Shown: one piece after another, positions 48,633 to 62,930 of the stretch
Numbering within the stretch: position 1 is the first letter of the stretch
Layout: each line of letters starts with the position of its first letter
From: Podarcis melisellensis
Taxonomy: Eukaryota
Strand: one strand, 5' to 3'
Assembly (NCBI GenBank): GCA_964234715.1
Contig: OZ174280.1
Length of the DNA stretch: 64,000 nt
Program-made: the position numbers and the translations under genes
Notes under the pieces: model-generated
Told to the model about the DNA's origin: nothing
What the model saw: the letters and a program-made list of their open reading frames with translations, nothing else
Databases searched by the model: none

Positions 48633-51600
48633 AAAGACTGAAATAACAGATTTGAAACTGCCCTCTGGCTAACACAGTTTTTTTTGTGGAACACACCTAG
48701 GAATTCAAATTTTTTACTTCCATGCCCTTGGATTTATTTTATCAGCCAACTGAAAGTACCAGAGTGAGCAGAAAGTTTATGATTTTTATTCAGGGTGATC
48801 TGTGCCCTGAACACCTCAATTCATTAGCCTGTCAATAGTCCTTTCTTCTGCAATCGATCCACAAGTGGGTGTGCAAACCCTCCTTGCATGAATTTCAGCC
48901 AAAAAGGAATGCACACCTAGATGCTATCAAACACTGGCAAAATTTATTTTGGGGTCAAGAAAAGCCCCAAGGAATTTAGACAAGCAAAGCAATAGTATAG
49001 TAACTCAGATGTTACAGAACAAATAAGATATGTCTGGGATATTAAACCTTAATCATTGCTGTAGCTAACCAATTAACATAAAATAAAATGAAAATCAGAC
49101 AGTACACAGAGAAAAAAGCAAGATGTTTCATAGCCTTGATTATTGCTATTGCAGCTGTAGTGCTCAGCTGGCAACCTTCATCGCAGATGGTGGACTATGA
49201 CAGGAATCTTCACTTCAGTGCCTTGTTTGTGGATGGCGGCATCTCTTATAATCCCTAACTAAGATCTTCTCACAGGGCCATTAGGCAGCTTCTTTTCAGG
49301 TTTCAGATAGATCTCTCCCAACACAACACTCCCCCCCAAGTTGGCCTAGCCCCACCCCCTTGCCCCTCTAGTTCACATGGCAACCAGCAATCAGAAGTAT
49401 AATCAGCCTACCATTCACCCTGGGTTAACTTTCAGTTGGCCAATCTTCACACAAGGTTCATTACACTACTTCTCATACCCCTTGGAGAGGGAGTGGAAAG
49501 TAAAAGTATGATCTAGTTGAATTAAAGGATCCCGCTGAATTTGCATTATTTTTGTACACACACGACTGTTCAAATCACAGTTCACATTCTTCCCCATAAC
49601 AACCATGGATCTAGCAGTTTGCTGTGGTGCAAAAACATGGACCTGGAGCTCATCAGAATGGTTTCTCAATAGAAATGGTCCAAATCCAAATTATGAGTCA
49701 CATCCGTATTCACAAAATGTGCTGCCAAAATCACAGACCCATGACTTCATGTCTCCATCAGAGTGCTAAACCAAGGATCCTAGACCCCCATGGTTTCTCC
49801 CTGAAGGCTTCCCAAATCAACCATCACTATACATGGATCTAGTCCTTATGTTACCATCACAAAACAAGAATGTAGATCCAGGGCAATTCCTCTTTCTTTC
49901 TTATTTTAAAATTGTTACACCACAAAAGTGTACCATCTATTCATAGCTCAAGCCCATCCACACAGATTTCACTGTAAAAATTACAGCTCCATCACAGTGT
50001 CGTCCGGGCAGCCCTGGACCACCTCCATACACACTGCCCAGGCTTGTGCCCCAGGGAGGTTTGACTTCATCCCAGAGGCACACTCTCAAGACAGAAGGAT
50101 GACAACAATACAACAAGCACAGTGATACAATCACATGTATCTGAGACATGGCTCTCCCATAAATGATCGGAGCTCATATCTATGTGCACAGACTGAAGAC
50201 TAAATTTCAGGATCAAGAAGTAAATCAGGACCAGATGACAAAACTGTAGGAAGAAACATCAAAATCAATAATCAAACATACAGGAACAAACCAGAGCTCA
50301 GGAAGACCTTGTTGCTCAACAAGATTCAATTGCAACAGAAGGTTATAACTCACTCCTTCCCTGGATGATCCAATGGGAAGCATGGGTGGATGAAGTAAGT
50401 CCAGTGCTAGAAGGTTTTTAATTAAGAAGGTTGCAATAATTGCAACATGCAGTTTAGTGATCCACCACATGGGTCAAAGGAACAAGAGCATTCAGGCAAC
50501 AACACCAGCTGCAGAAGATCAGCCTAGACTGAACAGGATATAGCTCTTCACTTTGTTCTGACATTGAACTAATCTCCTTCCTACTCCCTTTACTTCCATT
50601 TACCTTGTGTGTTCTTTTAGTTTCTAGTCCTGATAACAGCTCTACCTCTTTTTAAAATTGATGTCAGCCACTTTGGGTGACAATAACAGTCTAAAAAGTT
50701 GCATAAAACAACAAATATATCAATACGGGACACCTGCATACAAGTCTTGCAGCATCTGATATGCTGATGCCATCATCAAGTAAACAGCCTGCTTTTCCAC
50801 AATGGGGAGTGGTGCAGCAGGTAAGTTCAGGTGCACTGGTCAGAACTCTGCTCAGTGCTGTTGCTATAGGCAGCCATCCCACAAACAAGCTGGTCCCCAC
50901 TAAGTATGCAAGGTGCCCATTGAGAGCAGCTTGCCTAAAGTTTCCCCAAACCTGGAGTAGGGACTAATAACCTATGAATCTGGTTCATACTTTTGCATCA
51001 CACCACAAGTTTATAATGCACTTCATATACATGAATGTGATTTGTGATTTGATGGCAGATAGGGCAGAATTCTATTGGGGGAGGAATAAGGATCAATACG
51101 GGTCTGTGCCTTTGACCTTTGTTATCTACAACAATGCTAGATCTACAAAAAGTAAAGGAATCTGTCTTAGTTCATTACAATAATTCCAAAATCCAGTCAG
51201 GTAATACCTGGTTGGGACTGGCCCAAATATCAGAATTACCAGGCTGGATATTAAGGAAATCTAGAGCTGTGGTTTTTATTTTGGAGTCCATGGAAATGGA
51301 TGCAAGCAGTGATTTGATAGTGGCTTTGGGAGCATTCCATGTTTTATGCTATTGTGGCCATGAAGTGCTGAATCCCTTATTTTTTGCAGTATAGTTTGTG
51401 GATGAATGCAAGCTGTGATTTAACAACAAATTTGGCATTTGGGGAACCTCTGCATGTTAACTTTAATAATGAAGATCCATGCTTTTATGTCACAGTAGCA
51501 TCACAAAGCACTGGATTTCTATACTGCAGTCAACTGATATAGATGTGAGCTGTAATCTGGTAGTAGATTTGCGGGGAGGGCTTTCACACAAAAATGCTAA

Positions 51601-51949
51601 GGTCTGATCGATATAAATCTTGCATTTCTCCCCCCTGAAAGTGCACATTACCACATGCTTTTCCCCCCAGAAAGAAAGATTCATTGAAAGAGGATTTTTC
51701 TGAATAAATTTGCCGACACCTCTGCTGCAAAGTTATTCTGTACGATACGTTAATTTCTCCCATTATACATACAAGCATACAAGGAGATTCAAAACGGCCG
51801 CAACGGAGCCTGCTTTTCTTTCCCTGCAGTCTCTGCCTGCCTCAGATTATTCACCTGCTGCCATGTCATTAGTTCCTTCCTGACGATAAAACGAGGCAAA
51901 AAAAAAAAAAAAGAAGCCACATAATATCTGTTTAAATTATATATACTTT

Positions 51950-53550
51950 AAAAAGCGGCAAGTTTCACATTTTGACGCCGTGTGGGTTCCTTAGCCCAGT
52001 TTCTATTGCGGCGCTTGGAGCAACCCGCGAAGCAAAAGGCGCTCCAGCCGGACCTGCGACTGGAGAGGGGAACGGGGCGCAGGATTCGGCCGCTGCTCCG
52101 CGCGGCGCCCGCCAGGCAGTGACCCTGCGGGGCCGCGCGCACGCTGCGCGTGTGTATATACACGTGTGTTTGCACATTGGGCCATGTGAACGTGCCAGCT
52201 GCTGCCCCTTCCCTTGTCTCGGGAGGCCGTCGCGGAGCAGCGACATTCGGGAGGCTTCTCTTCCCCGTCCCTTGCGAGCCCTCAGCTCCCCGGCCAGGCC
52301 CTCCGCGACGCTCCGGAGAGACAGGCGGGCGACCGACGAAATGGGGTCCTGCGTCTTTAAGAGCCCCTTTGTCTCTGAAACATCCTTATTTACCCTCCTG
52401 TGATTCAACCAAACTTAACCCCCCCCCTCTTCCTCCCCCCGCGATTCACAAAGCCCACGGATGTCACAGCTCCGGGGGCGGAGCTAACGTATTCCCCGGA
52501 CCCTCCTTCCCAGACTCCGCTTCTGGTTTTTATAGGATTTGGTTAGCTTCCGCAAGTGCCGTAAACTAGCAGTTCGGGGGAACAAGAGACGGCAAACGCG
52601 TCTGCTTTAGCTGCCACGCCGTTAGGGACGAACCGTTCCGAAGAATCTTCGGATTCTCGGGAAAACTAAAAACAACAACAACCACCCCACACAATCTGAC
52701 GCGTCACTAGCGTAAATCAGTGAGAGGGTTCCCGCTCTTTCGTGTTACGTAGATGACGCCGAGAAGAAAAGGAACCGTCCAAGAAAACTCTCGGGAGCCC
52801 CCTTGCGCAGGTAGCGTAAACGTGCTCGCTGAATGGCGACTCGTCGTAGGGCGGCCGAAGCAGGGGGTGGGAAGGAAATGGTGTCTGACGGGCGGTTCAG
52901 CCAACGGCAGCGCGGGGCGGGGCGAGCTCGGCGGCCAATGGCGGCCGGGGGGGCGTGTCAGGTACCGGTTGGGGTGTCTCGCGCTTGGTGACAGCTCGCG
53001 CGTGCTGATGATGGCGGTAAATAAAGGGGCCGGAGGGGGGGAGGGGGCTTTACCCCCTTGGGGGCTCAAACCCTAAATGTGGGGGAAGTGAAAGACCCAC
53101 AGCTGGGGTGGAGAGGGGTGCTTCATGTGCGGCCCAGGGAGGCTGAGGGTAGAGGGGGGGCTTGACCCCCGATTTGGGGTGGGAGGTTTGAGGGGGCTCC
53201 ACCCCTTTGGGGCTCAAATTCCATATTGGGGGTGGGGGTTGTGCTGCTTCAAGCCCCTCCTTCCTGTTTGGAGGGAATTTCGCCTCCTTGCCTGGCCAGG
53301 CCGACGAGGGGAAGAGGTCTTGACCCCTAAGCAGGAGAGGGGCTGGAGGAGGAATTCCCCCCCGCCAGATGGGAGGTTGCGCGCACCGAAGGGGAGGCGG
53401 GCATGGACCTCCTCTTGGGGAAAGAGGTCCAGGGAGCTTGCCCTGCGTGAGGGCAGAAAAGGGCACCAACCTCACCAACTGGGGGGGGGGGGAGCGGCTA
53501 TGACAGGATTTGCCGCCTGTGGCTGAACAGGCAAAGGCAGCAGCCAACTA
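51950..53550 (+). promoter_or_regulatory. large CpG-island promoter with probable non-coding first exon ending at 53016; likely USP49 by conserved synteny
   Basis: Dense CpG, GC boxes, CRE-like TGACG sites, CCAAT 52935-52939, YY1-like GATGGCG followed by donor GTAAAT at 53017. The gene identity rests only on the vertebrate order CCND3-BYSL-MED20-USP49. Confidence 0.7.
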
Positions 53551-56500
53551 ACTGGTTTTTTAAATGCTCAAGGCAGACTACCTCGGTTGGAGAGACACAG
53601 GGTTCTTGTACAATCTGAGCGCCAGGGGTATATCAAGCCCTTGTTGGACAGGGGGAACCTGAAGGCTCAGGCAGAGAAACAAAAGCGAAAAGAAACCCGA
53701 GGGCTGGGAGGACCGAGTCAGGAACAATTTAGAAATTAAAGTTGTAGGGACCCTTAAAGGAGGCATTGGAAGGGGAGAGAGGAAATTAAGGGCTGGTGTG
53801 TATGGTATAGCTGCTGAGATCTAAGACAAGAAGCTCCCCATCTTAATGCTTGTGAAATGAATAGGGCCCTTAATGGCTAGAAAGCAGCAGCAGCAAGAGA
53901 GTTAGAAGTTTGAGGATGCCAGACTTGGAACAAGGATTGTAGTGAGGAATATTACATTGTTGTGGGTGCTAGCACAGGCAGCGTGGAAGAGAGCTAAAAT
54001 AACGATGGGCAAGCAGGGTGGTGCACGTTGGTATTGCTAAGCTGTGTGCAGTTCTTTGTTTGCTGGAAGATGCTTAGGTGGTTCACTTGAAGTGTGATGT
54101 TTCTAACTTCTTTTTTCAGAGCATTGTGCTCTGACTCGCACTGATCTATTATCACTTAATCCCACAGCGTTTCCTTCCCTCTGCTCCAAGTTAAGAACAT
54201 TAGTATGAAATCGGTTTGAGAGAAAGCATTGTACTAAAGTACTTTTGAACACATTTCTGTTGTTGGTTTGATTATATGTGTAGCAGTGCTGAGAAAGTTG
54301 TTCCAAGGATGGAACCATATGATGGAACTTGGGTGTCCCTGGAGTTAATGCAAATGAGAACACTTAGCCTTACAGGATGCTTCCAGCTTTCGTAATAACT
54401 CATTTGCAAACGCTGTTTGTCACACAGCAACTATGCTATTGAAGTCAGTGCTGTTATGCTGCCCTTGTATGAAAAAAGAAAGGGATTCTGAAGATAATGA
54501 TTTTCGTGTAGTGCTGTTCTCTCCCCTTTTACAAATAAATTGTATATATTACCACATTAAAGTTAAAGGAAGGTTTTACATGCTTTAAAAAGCATTTTTA
54601 TTGAACGCATCAGAACATGTGGAAGAATGTTAAAAGTCTGTTTTATGTTACATTAACTAGTTTTTTTGCCAGATGAGCATGATCTTGTAGGGGGAAAGCA
54701 ACTAGTGAGGAGCTGTGTGTTTCATGCATACTTAAAGCTTGCAGTGTTAAGCTGTTTCAGAATGTGTTGGTTCTTTGATCTTTGAGAGAAGGAAGTAAGA
54801 CTTTTTGTTTACTTCATCAAAGTTTTCCATTTTTCTACCCCCCCCTTGTTAGTGGAAAAGGGGTGGAGCTAAGCATTAACTTTAAACTAGGTGGTTTGTT
54901 AAATGATGTCAAAAAAATAAGAGACGTCAAATCAGGCATCTTTAGTTCCTTTCAATGTTCCTAAGCCTTTTGAGAAGCCTTGTGTTTTTCTTTGGTTGTG
55001 TTAAGCCCAATTTTATTGTGAAGAAACAAGTTTTATCCCTCCCCCAATAAAGCAAGTTTTAATTTCATGCTAAAATACTAGAAAATTTAAACACACACAC
55101 CAAATTAGTAATATTTGTCAACAAAATTTTTAATTCCTGTTTGAAATCTATTTTCTCCAGTTTATTTAGAACTGAAACATTTGTAGGATATAGGCAGGAA
55201 AATGTTTTATTTCTAAATAAAGTGCAGAATATGAATGCACCATGTTTTTAATTATACATGTTTCTTCCTTGCCCCTTTACTAATCTGTAAAAAAATAAAT
55301 AAATCAGGATTTCATGTTATGTTCGTATCTATTCAAAATATATAGAAAAATAAGAGATATCAAACATCATGATTTTACATGGTTCATTTTTAGATAGTCT
55401 TTTAAAAGGCGATAACAGCAAATACATTTTAATATAATTTCAACTTAATCAAATTTAAGTTTAGTTCTATCCCTTACCTCATATCAACTCATTTAAAATC
55501 TAAAACTTTTCTTATATAAATCTCCATACCACCTTATACAGATATAAAGGAGTCAAATTAAAACATAGAATATGGACTAAAAAAAAAAAGTTTTGTAAAT
55601 TTACAAAAAAAATAAATCTCCAACTGTTTATCATTGGATAAACTTCTGTGACATAAAAAAACCACCCCATTGAAGAGCAGATAAGAGGTTGGCTGATAGA
55701 GGAAGTTAAGCACTCAAGGAAAAGAAGTGAAAACAGAAGAATCTGGGTTTTAGTGTTATCAGGGATATGTAAGAAGGAATTGGCAGGAAGTAATATCTGG
55801 CAGCACAGAGCCCCCCCCCCAATAATTTGACAGTCCTATTAATTTTAAAATAACTTAAATAAAATAACTGTCTGACTATATATCACCCAAACATTTGTTG
55901 AGCAGTTGTACCCCATAATATTTTAGAAGAAAAACCTAATATAGCCTAACAAACAGAAGGAACTGGATGCTGTTGATGGGAAGAAGCAAGCAGAGCTGCA
56001 TTTGCAATGTACTCCTGAGTTTCCCCAAGGGTGTTCTGTCATCTTTTGATAGCTGGTATTATTGTTAGAAAACTGAAGAAAATGCTTCAACATCTGCACA
56101 TGTGCTCTTGTTGGGAAGGGATGTGGAGAAGACTGAATTTAGATTAAACCAATAAGACTAAATGTTTCTTTCATGCTTTTTGGCTTCTATTTTAAATACG
56201 GTATATTAAAACCTTCAGAAAACAGCCTGCTATCTAGAACTGAATTAATATTGCCAGTTTTAGGTGCCCATGTGACTAGGCCTCTAGGATTATTTAAGCC
56301 CTACCTTCATGATTAAAAGCTGGTTCAGTGTATTTCCTTGCTTCCTGAATAACCAGGTTAGGGCACTGGGAAATTTCTATAAAAGCATGGACTAACAGCA
56401 CCAAAAGCCCATGATAGACAAGATGTGGAAGATCTCTCCACTTCTTCTCCTTAAACAGTCATAGAGAGATTTTAATTCTTCCCAAAAATGCCATTTTCAT

Positions 56501-57106
56501 GGATTTAATTATATCCCCAACCAAAAAGTGCTGTTTGCCCACTGGGGAGAACATGCAGGTGTGTTTTTCCCAGTGGGGCAGTAGCAGCTTTGTGTGTGTG
56601 ACAATTTGAGTTTGCGAAAACAGTATGAGGGGTTAAAACCTCCTTCAATGCTGTGGCCCTTATCAAATGCTGCCAGCACCCCCCCTCCAGTTGCTTTTAA
56701 TCAAAAAGGCAATGGCAGGGGATGTGAGTACAGATATCACATCTCATCTACTTTAGTCCTGCAAGCACATGTACATGTATTGTGTTGCCTTCTGTCTATA
56801 TAAAAATTGACATTATCAAAGGATCATATCATTAAATTTTAGACATAGTTCTTATATTTTAGATATTAAGGCAAAATTTGCTAACCTGGTATCTTCAAGA
56901 TGTTTTGGACTACAACATTTATTAGCTTCAGCCAGCAAAGCTGTGCTGACTAGGGTTGATGGGAGTTGTAGTCCAAGACATTTGAGCGTACCCAGGTTGG
57001 GGAAGAATCTGTTGAGGAGCCCAGCTGTTGAAAGCCTCTTGCAAGAAAACCAGCATCTTGAACTGCACTGTGAAAACAACAGGCAGGCATTGTTCTTCAC
57101 ATTGTT

Positions 57107-57218
57107 CCAGTTACAGATAGGTAGCCGTGTTGGTCTGCCATAGTCAAAACAAAAAAAATTCCTTCCAGTAGCACCTTTAGTTGGTCTTTAAGGTGCTACT
57201 GGAAGGAATTTTTTTTGT
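57107..57218. mobile_element. short retroelement insertion with inverted end, probably Penelope-like terminus
   Basis: 12-bp TSD CTTCACATTGTT at 57095-57106 and 57219-57230, internal perfect 29-bp inverted repeat. The GGTAGCCGTGTTGGTCTG...GTAGCACCTT sequence resembles reptile Penelope termini as I recall them. Confidence 0.65.
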
Positions 57219-57974
57219 CTTCACATTGTTATAAGCAGTACCTACATGAGGACACTCTGCGGGCTCTTGGGTACCCCATAAGAGAAAAGGAGCAGTTTTC
57301 CCCCCTTATAACAACATGTTGATGCAGCAGGTGTCTAATGACTCTTCCACATCAAGACGAAGGCTGTCATATTCCATTCCAGCTGTAACTTCTAAATAGC
57401 CTTTCATAATAATGATTCATCATACACTTAATTAAATCACTTCAATAACCTTGTGTGGTTATATGTTAATAGTTACTAGCTATAAAATGGAGACAAAGCA
57501 TTTCAGTTTTGTGCCCATGAGTGTGATTGGTGAAAAGTCTTCAAGGCTGCCACAGGAACCTAAAGATTTAGCAGCACCCAAAAAAAACCCACACATGAGT
57601 TACTAAGGGAGGACAAAGACTATCAATAATGGTTGTGCCCTGGGACTTCTTGAATGGGGTAGGGGCCTTGCCAATCAGTAGTTAGATTTCTTACTTGGAT
57701 TTCACTTCTATCTGTCCATCTTTTCCCAGTCCTCACTAGCAATCAGATGCTATATAAGAATCATGATTGCAACATCATTTTAAGCCCAAGTCTTGGGCAA
57801 CCTCGGATGGTTTGAAAGCTCAGAGTACATAACCACAAAATAATAATAAATAACAATGATAGGGAACCAGGACTGGCACACTCACTGAGCAAGCAAGTAG
57901 ATGCCCTTTCCATTCCTCAACCTGACTGTTGTTCCTCCACATAGTAAATCCATGTTGTTAACCACCACTTAATA

Positions 57975-58215
57975 CAGTGGTACCTCGGTTTACAAACTTA
58001 ATCCATTCCGGAAGTCCGTTCTTAAACAGAAACCATTCTTAAACCGAGGCACACTTTTCCTAATAAGGCCTCCCGCCGCTGGTGCCCTTCCACCGTTCAG
58101 CTTCCGTTCTTAGGCCAAGGTAAAGTTCACAAACCGGGACACTACTTCTGGTTTTGTGAAGTTCGCAAACCAAATAGTTCGTAAACAGAGCTGTTCTTAA
58201 ACCAAGGTACCACTG
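57975..58215 (+). mobile_element. Tigger/pogo-like MITE (second subfamily)
   Basis: TIRs CAGTGGTACCTCGGTTTA...TAAACCAAGGTACCACTG. TA on the left, CA on the right. Confidence 0.88.
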
Positions 58216-61200
58216 CATAGGATGGATTTGCAGTACACATTTAATGAAGGAGCTACCTGTGCAGTATTACAATTCCAACCTCTAAATACGAAGCTGCAGT
58301 GGAGGAGAGATGAAGAATTCTCAACCTCCCCCTTTCTATTTTCTGGTGGTACACTCCATTTCACTTTAGCTTAACTGTAAATATAGACTGTCTGTTGCCT
58401 ATCAGTCTACAAGCTTCCATAGCTACTGGCTGAACCGCTGTGATGTTACAGTAGCCTGGAGGAGAACTGGATAGGCATGGAGAGTAGTGGAGACGGAAAG
58501 GTTGAAAGGAAGTACCAGGTCCTAAATATAATGGATTTGGGGACAAAGGGGGGGGCAGTGAAAACAGCAGAAAGCAGAAGGCATAAAAAAGAAATGTTGG
58601 AAGCAGGGGGACTAAGAGAACGATGATGAGAGCAGGCAATATGCTTAGGGAAGTGGGGACTGAGGAAATTTTACTAAAAGGTCAGTGGGTGGAATCCTCC
58701 CTACCCCCACCCCATTGTGGATTCAGTTGCTATGATAACACAATATTCTGGTGGAAGCTATTTCACATGGAGAAAGGCACAGAAAGAATTATGTTCTTTG
58801 GATGGAAATGGATATTTGGAAAGGCAAAGAGGACTGTGGAGACACCCATATTTCTTAGTAGCTAGCTGTGGATGAATTAGCCCCAAATTTAGAAGAGTTC
58901 CAAAAATCTCAATTATAGCATTAACTTCTCTAACCTTCGTTTGCCTGGGAAATGAGTGTATGTGAGTTTTCGATGTGCTGTACTAGAGGCAAATCTGAAG
59001 AGTTCCAGGTGAGGAAGTAGAATTGAGATGGTTCAATATATAATTTTGCGGCAAGAGTGAAGCTGGACGCAGTGAGAGTAAAACGGACTGTGTACTGCAC
59101 ATGCACATGCAATTCTTTTAAAGCAGCTGACACAGGAGGAAAACAAATTTCACTAATCACTGACCAAGCGCCAACTTGACAATGCAGGTTCTTGGGAAGA
59201 GTACTGTTGTAGGCTGTGTATATACATATCCAGACGGTAAGCAGAAGCTGATGCCTGACCAAAAAGAGAGAAAAAAAGCATAGAGGCCTGGAGGAGGCAG
59301 AGCCCCAGCAGCCCATTCTCAGTGAAAGCATTCCTTCCAATGTTTCGTGGGCTTCAACTAATACTACTTGTGAAATGTTTAGCAAATACGTAGTAAATGA
59401 TCATGTACTACACTGTTAGGTTGTCTGTTGCCCAGGTTTCTGGAGGTTGATAAACATACTTTTGACAGGTGGCCTAACTTTTTTGAAGCGTTAGCTGGAT
59501 GTTTTTAATAATTGGTAGAAGGAATTGTCTTATGCTTTATGCGACCTAGTGTCCCGTTAGCAAGGCTTGCTGGGGCTTGGCTTGAATGGCATTTGCAACT
59601 GATGTAGCTGCTTTGAGGGTCCTGCTTTGAGAAAAATGGGATCTATTTACATACCAAATCCTTCATTTGATCATTTGAAATTTCTTTAGCATTTCCTTCT
59701 TGACCCTACCAGGGTTTTACTGCTTTTTCTTTTTAATTAGGTGTTCACTGAACACCTCTTCATACAATAATCTAGGCACATTGTCAGCTCTTCTAAAGGT
59801 TGTGCATGCACACTCAAGTACTAGAGAAAGTATGAAACCCAGAATGTGCTGAAAGTCAAACCTTGTTTTGGTAGTTAGAGACAAGTTTCTGACCAAGAAT
59901 TTGGGGCGAAGCAGGGGGGACCACACAAGCCTTTCAGGCTGCTACAATATACCTAGGTGGTTATGTGAACAAAGATCCTTAACCATTTAAGAATGGTTTA
60001 AAATAAATAAATTGGCTGGGATAGCCTAAATGGGCCTTTTTTTTTGCTTGATTTTAAAATGTAGACGCAGATAATAGTTTTCAAAATATCTTTAACTATG
60101 TACCGTAAGGACTTCTGTGATAAGATCATAATTCTCTTAGAAGTGGTTGATCTTATTCAGCAAACAAGGTGGAATGGTATTATTGCTGCTGCAGCTGAAT
60201 CAGAGGTTGAGCTGCCAATAGATAAACTCCAAGTTGCATCTAGTTCTCAGCCTGCAGCCATACTGTGCATACCCAATATGCTTCTGCCTGCATTGCAAAC
60301 AAACAAGAGTAGCAATCAGAAGTTACTTAAGTGTATGCAGTTACTATGATTGTTTCTGCCAAAGAATGCAGAAGACTAGGAACATTACAGATGGAAACAT
60401 GCTCTAAAACTGTGCCATTATCTTGAAATATTTGCCTTCATTGATCATTGCAGTGGTGTATCTGTTGTTTCACATAATTTCAGCTAAAATTGTACTGTTC
60501 AGTGACAGCTTTTGCTACTTGCTGAATTAATCTAAGTCTCTATTTTAATAATTCATACCGATTGTATGGTTTTGCATTTAGGAATGTTCCCCTCCCCCCC
60601 ACTTCCTATAGTATCACATTTAATGGTTTCATTGTATAAGTATCCTGTGGACAATGTAATTAGGTTTTTATGGAATCAGATTTTGCTGCTTCCTTTCACT
60701 TTTGCAGACTCTTTGGGCAGGAAAAGCTTTGACTGCTAGAGAATTGTGCATCGCAGTTTAAATTAAGTCTAGCCTCCTCTATTCTTTCTGAAATATGATC
60801 ATGAAGTCTTAAGATAACTGTTGTAATTTTTGCTTTGTGAATGGGTAAAAACTTTACATGTTTGTTCTGTGTTCTCTGGTAGCTAGTATTTCAAACCACA
60901 CAGAATGTTCTAAAGTCTTGGATAGATAATAACTGCTCTCATAATCTGACATGCCTGCTTATTTAGTGAACAACAGTATAAAGGTTCTAAATTTTAACTC
61001 AATTTATAAATATTACATATGGGATTAACATATCTGAAACTTTCGATTGCATGAATTTTGTTTCCAAAAAGTGTATTTGAAGACCACTACTTTTGTACAA
61101 ACTACCTTCTTTTTGAGAGTCAATCAATGTAGTCCCTTACTGTTGAAAGAGGTATACAGTACTAAAACTATATTTCATTGCCAAGCTTAGAGAATTTTAG

Positions 61201-62930
61201 TAAAGAGGTCTAACCTGTTTTAGCAGGTTTTGTCACACTTTCTGATGGAAAAGGAAGAAAAAAGTAGACAACGCATATCAATTTGCAGCTGAGCTGTTGG
61301 CACACAACAAAATTAACAGTTCAGGACTCCAAACCCTTGTCCTTGATTAGCAGGCTGTTAATGTGCTTTTCTCCCTTACTCCCAGTCCCACCCCATGGTC
61401 TTATAGTTGCATGGTGAGGTGCTAAAATAAACTTTAAAAAAAATACTGTTATGAAACTGTCGCAAAATGCTATATACAAAACATGCTTGAAATTGGTAGC
61501 TTTTAAAAATAGGATTAAAAAGGTTAGGGTTAACTGAGAAAGTTGAATTCTACTTCAGTGTTTATTATATCTATATGTTCTGAATGATACTTCTACCCAA
61601 CTTTTAAAGATCAAAAACTGTGCTTTTAGATAGCCCCTGGCAAGCTGAAAAAAAAAAAAATATTGGTTCTTTGTAGTCTGATACAGAACTCCATTGTTTA
61701 ATCTCACACCTGGCAATGTTAGCATTGCTATGAAGGCTGAACAGTTTCATTGTTGTGGTTTAATCACTTTGGGTTGTATTCAATACTAGTCCTACTTGGA
61801 GTTGACCAATTGAAATTAAGGAACCTAAGTCATGCCCATTAACCTCAGTGAGTCTGTTGTGGGGTATGGATACTTTTCTGATGAGATAACATATCATTAC
61901 CTCTTCAACCCCAGATAGGCCAAATTTAGCAGGTGTTTAAGGCTGCCCTTACACTATGACATCAGGTGATGCTGTGCTTTGAAGTCCCAGAACATTCAGT
62001 TTTGCTGTTTGCAGAGGGCTTTCAAGACAGTTCATGTGCACCTGTTTGAGCCTCTGAAGGCGCAAATAAGAGTATGGTGGTAGTGGTGGCAGCGCTGCCT
62101 GAAAGCCTTTTGCAAAAGCAACTGTTTTTGTGTACTCCCTATCTACTGTTCGGGGCAGGGGCAGCCAGCTGCCTTTTGGGAGTATCAGCTGCCCACAGGA
62201 GAAAGTCCTATGCACAGCCTATCTTTCCAAAAGACAGCTTCTTCCAAAAGGGGTTGCTTTCTTTGGCTGTGCATGCCTTTTCCCCAAGAGGGAACAGGCA
62301 CGCACAGCCAAAATGAGCCCTTTACAAGTTGCTCCATGCTGCTCCTTTCAGTTTCTGATTTTGAAAGTTGAAAGGAGCTTCTTCAAAGAGCACCACTGGG
62401 AGGAGGAAGAAGTGGTTTCCCTTCTTGAGGAAGGCAGGCTCCTACTGCCCCACAGCTGAAGGGCAGGTGGGAATGCCCTTGCTGCAGCAAATGAACGACG
62501 GAGCCCATTTTAAGCCCAGGTAGCTAGAAGCAGCTTTGGCCAGCTATAACTGTTCCTAGGCCAGAGGACATTGACCACAGTAGTGTAGGTATTGGTGCCT
62601 TGAAGACTGGATTGCTGCAATGCACTCAATGTGGGGCATCATTTGCGCTTGACCTGGAAAGTCCAGTTATTGCAGAATGCTCTGGCATAGTTGCAGACAG
62701 CAATTCAAGACCCTGTCTGTATAAAACAATTTTCCAGGCGGCCCAGCCTGGAGTTAGAATAACAAAAAAAAGACACCAACTTTCTCCTCCTTTAAAACCT
62801 GCTGCTGTGCTCAGCAGAGTTTCATACACCTTGCCACTCCGTTCTGCCTCACTCCTCCATGACCAGAAATACATTTGCTCTATAAATCTAATTAAAGGAT
62901 TTTAATGCTGATAGCATTTCTGTATTCAGG

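Noticed and set aside
49100-50600. Possible exon or snoRNA-like sequence with repeated CATGGATCTAG
   Set aside because: No convincing C/D boxes with a terminal stem and no recognisable ORF. Most likely a decayed retroelement that I cannot classify.
51948-53547. Many 100-165 aa ORFs in the CpG island
   Set aside because: These are stop-poor GC-rich frames with no resemblance to USP49 or any other protein I recognise.
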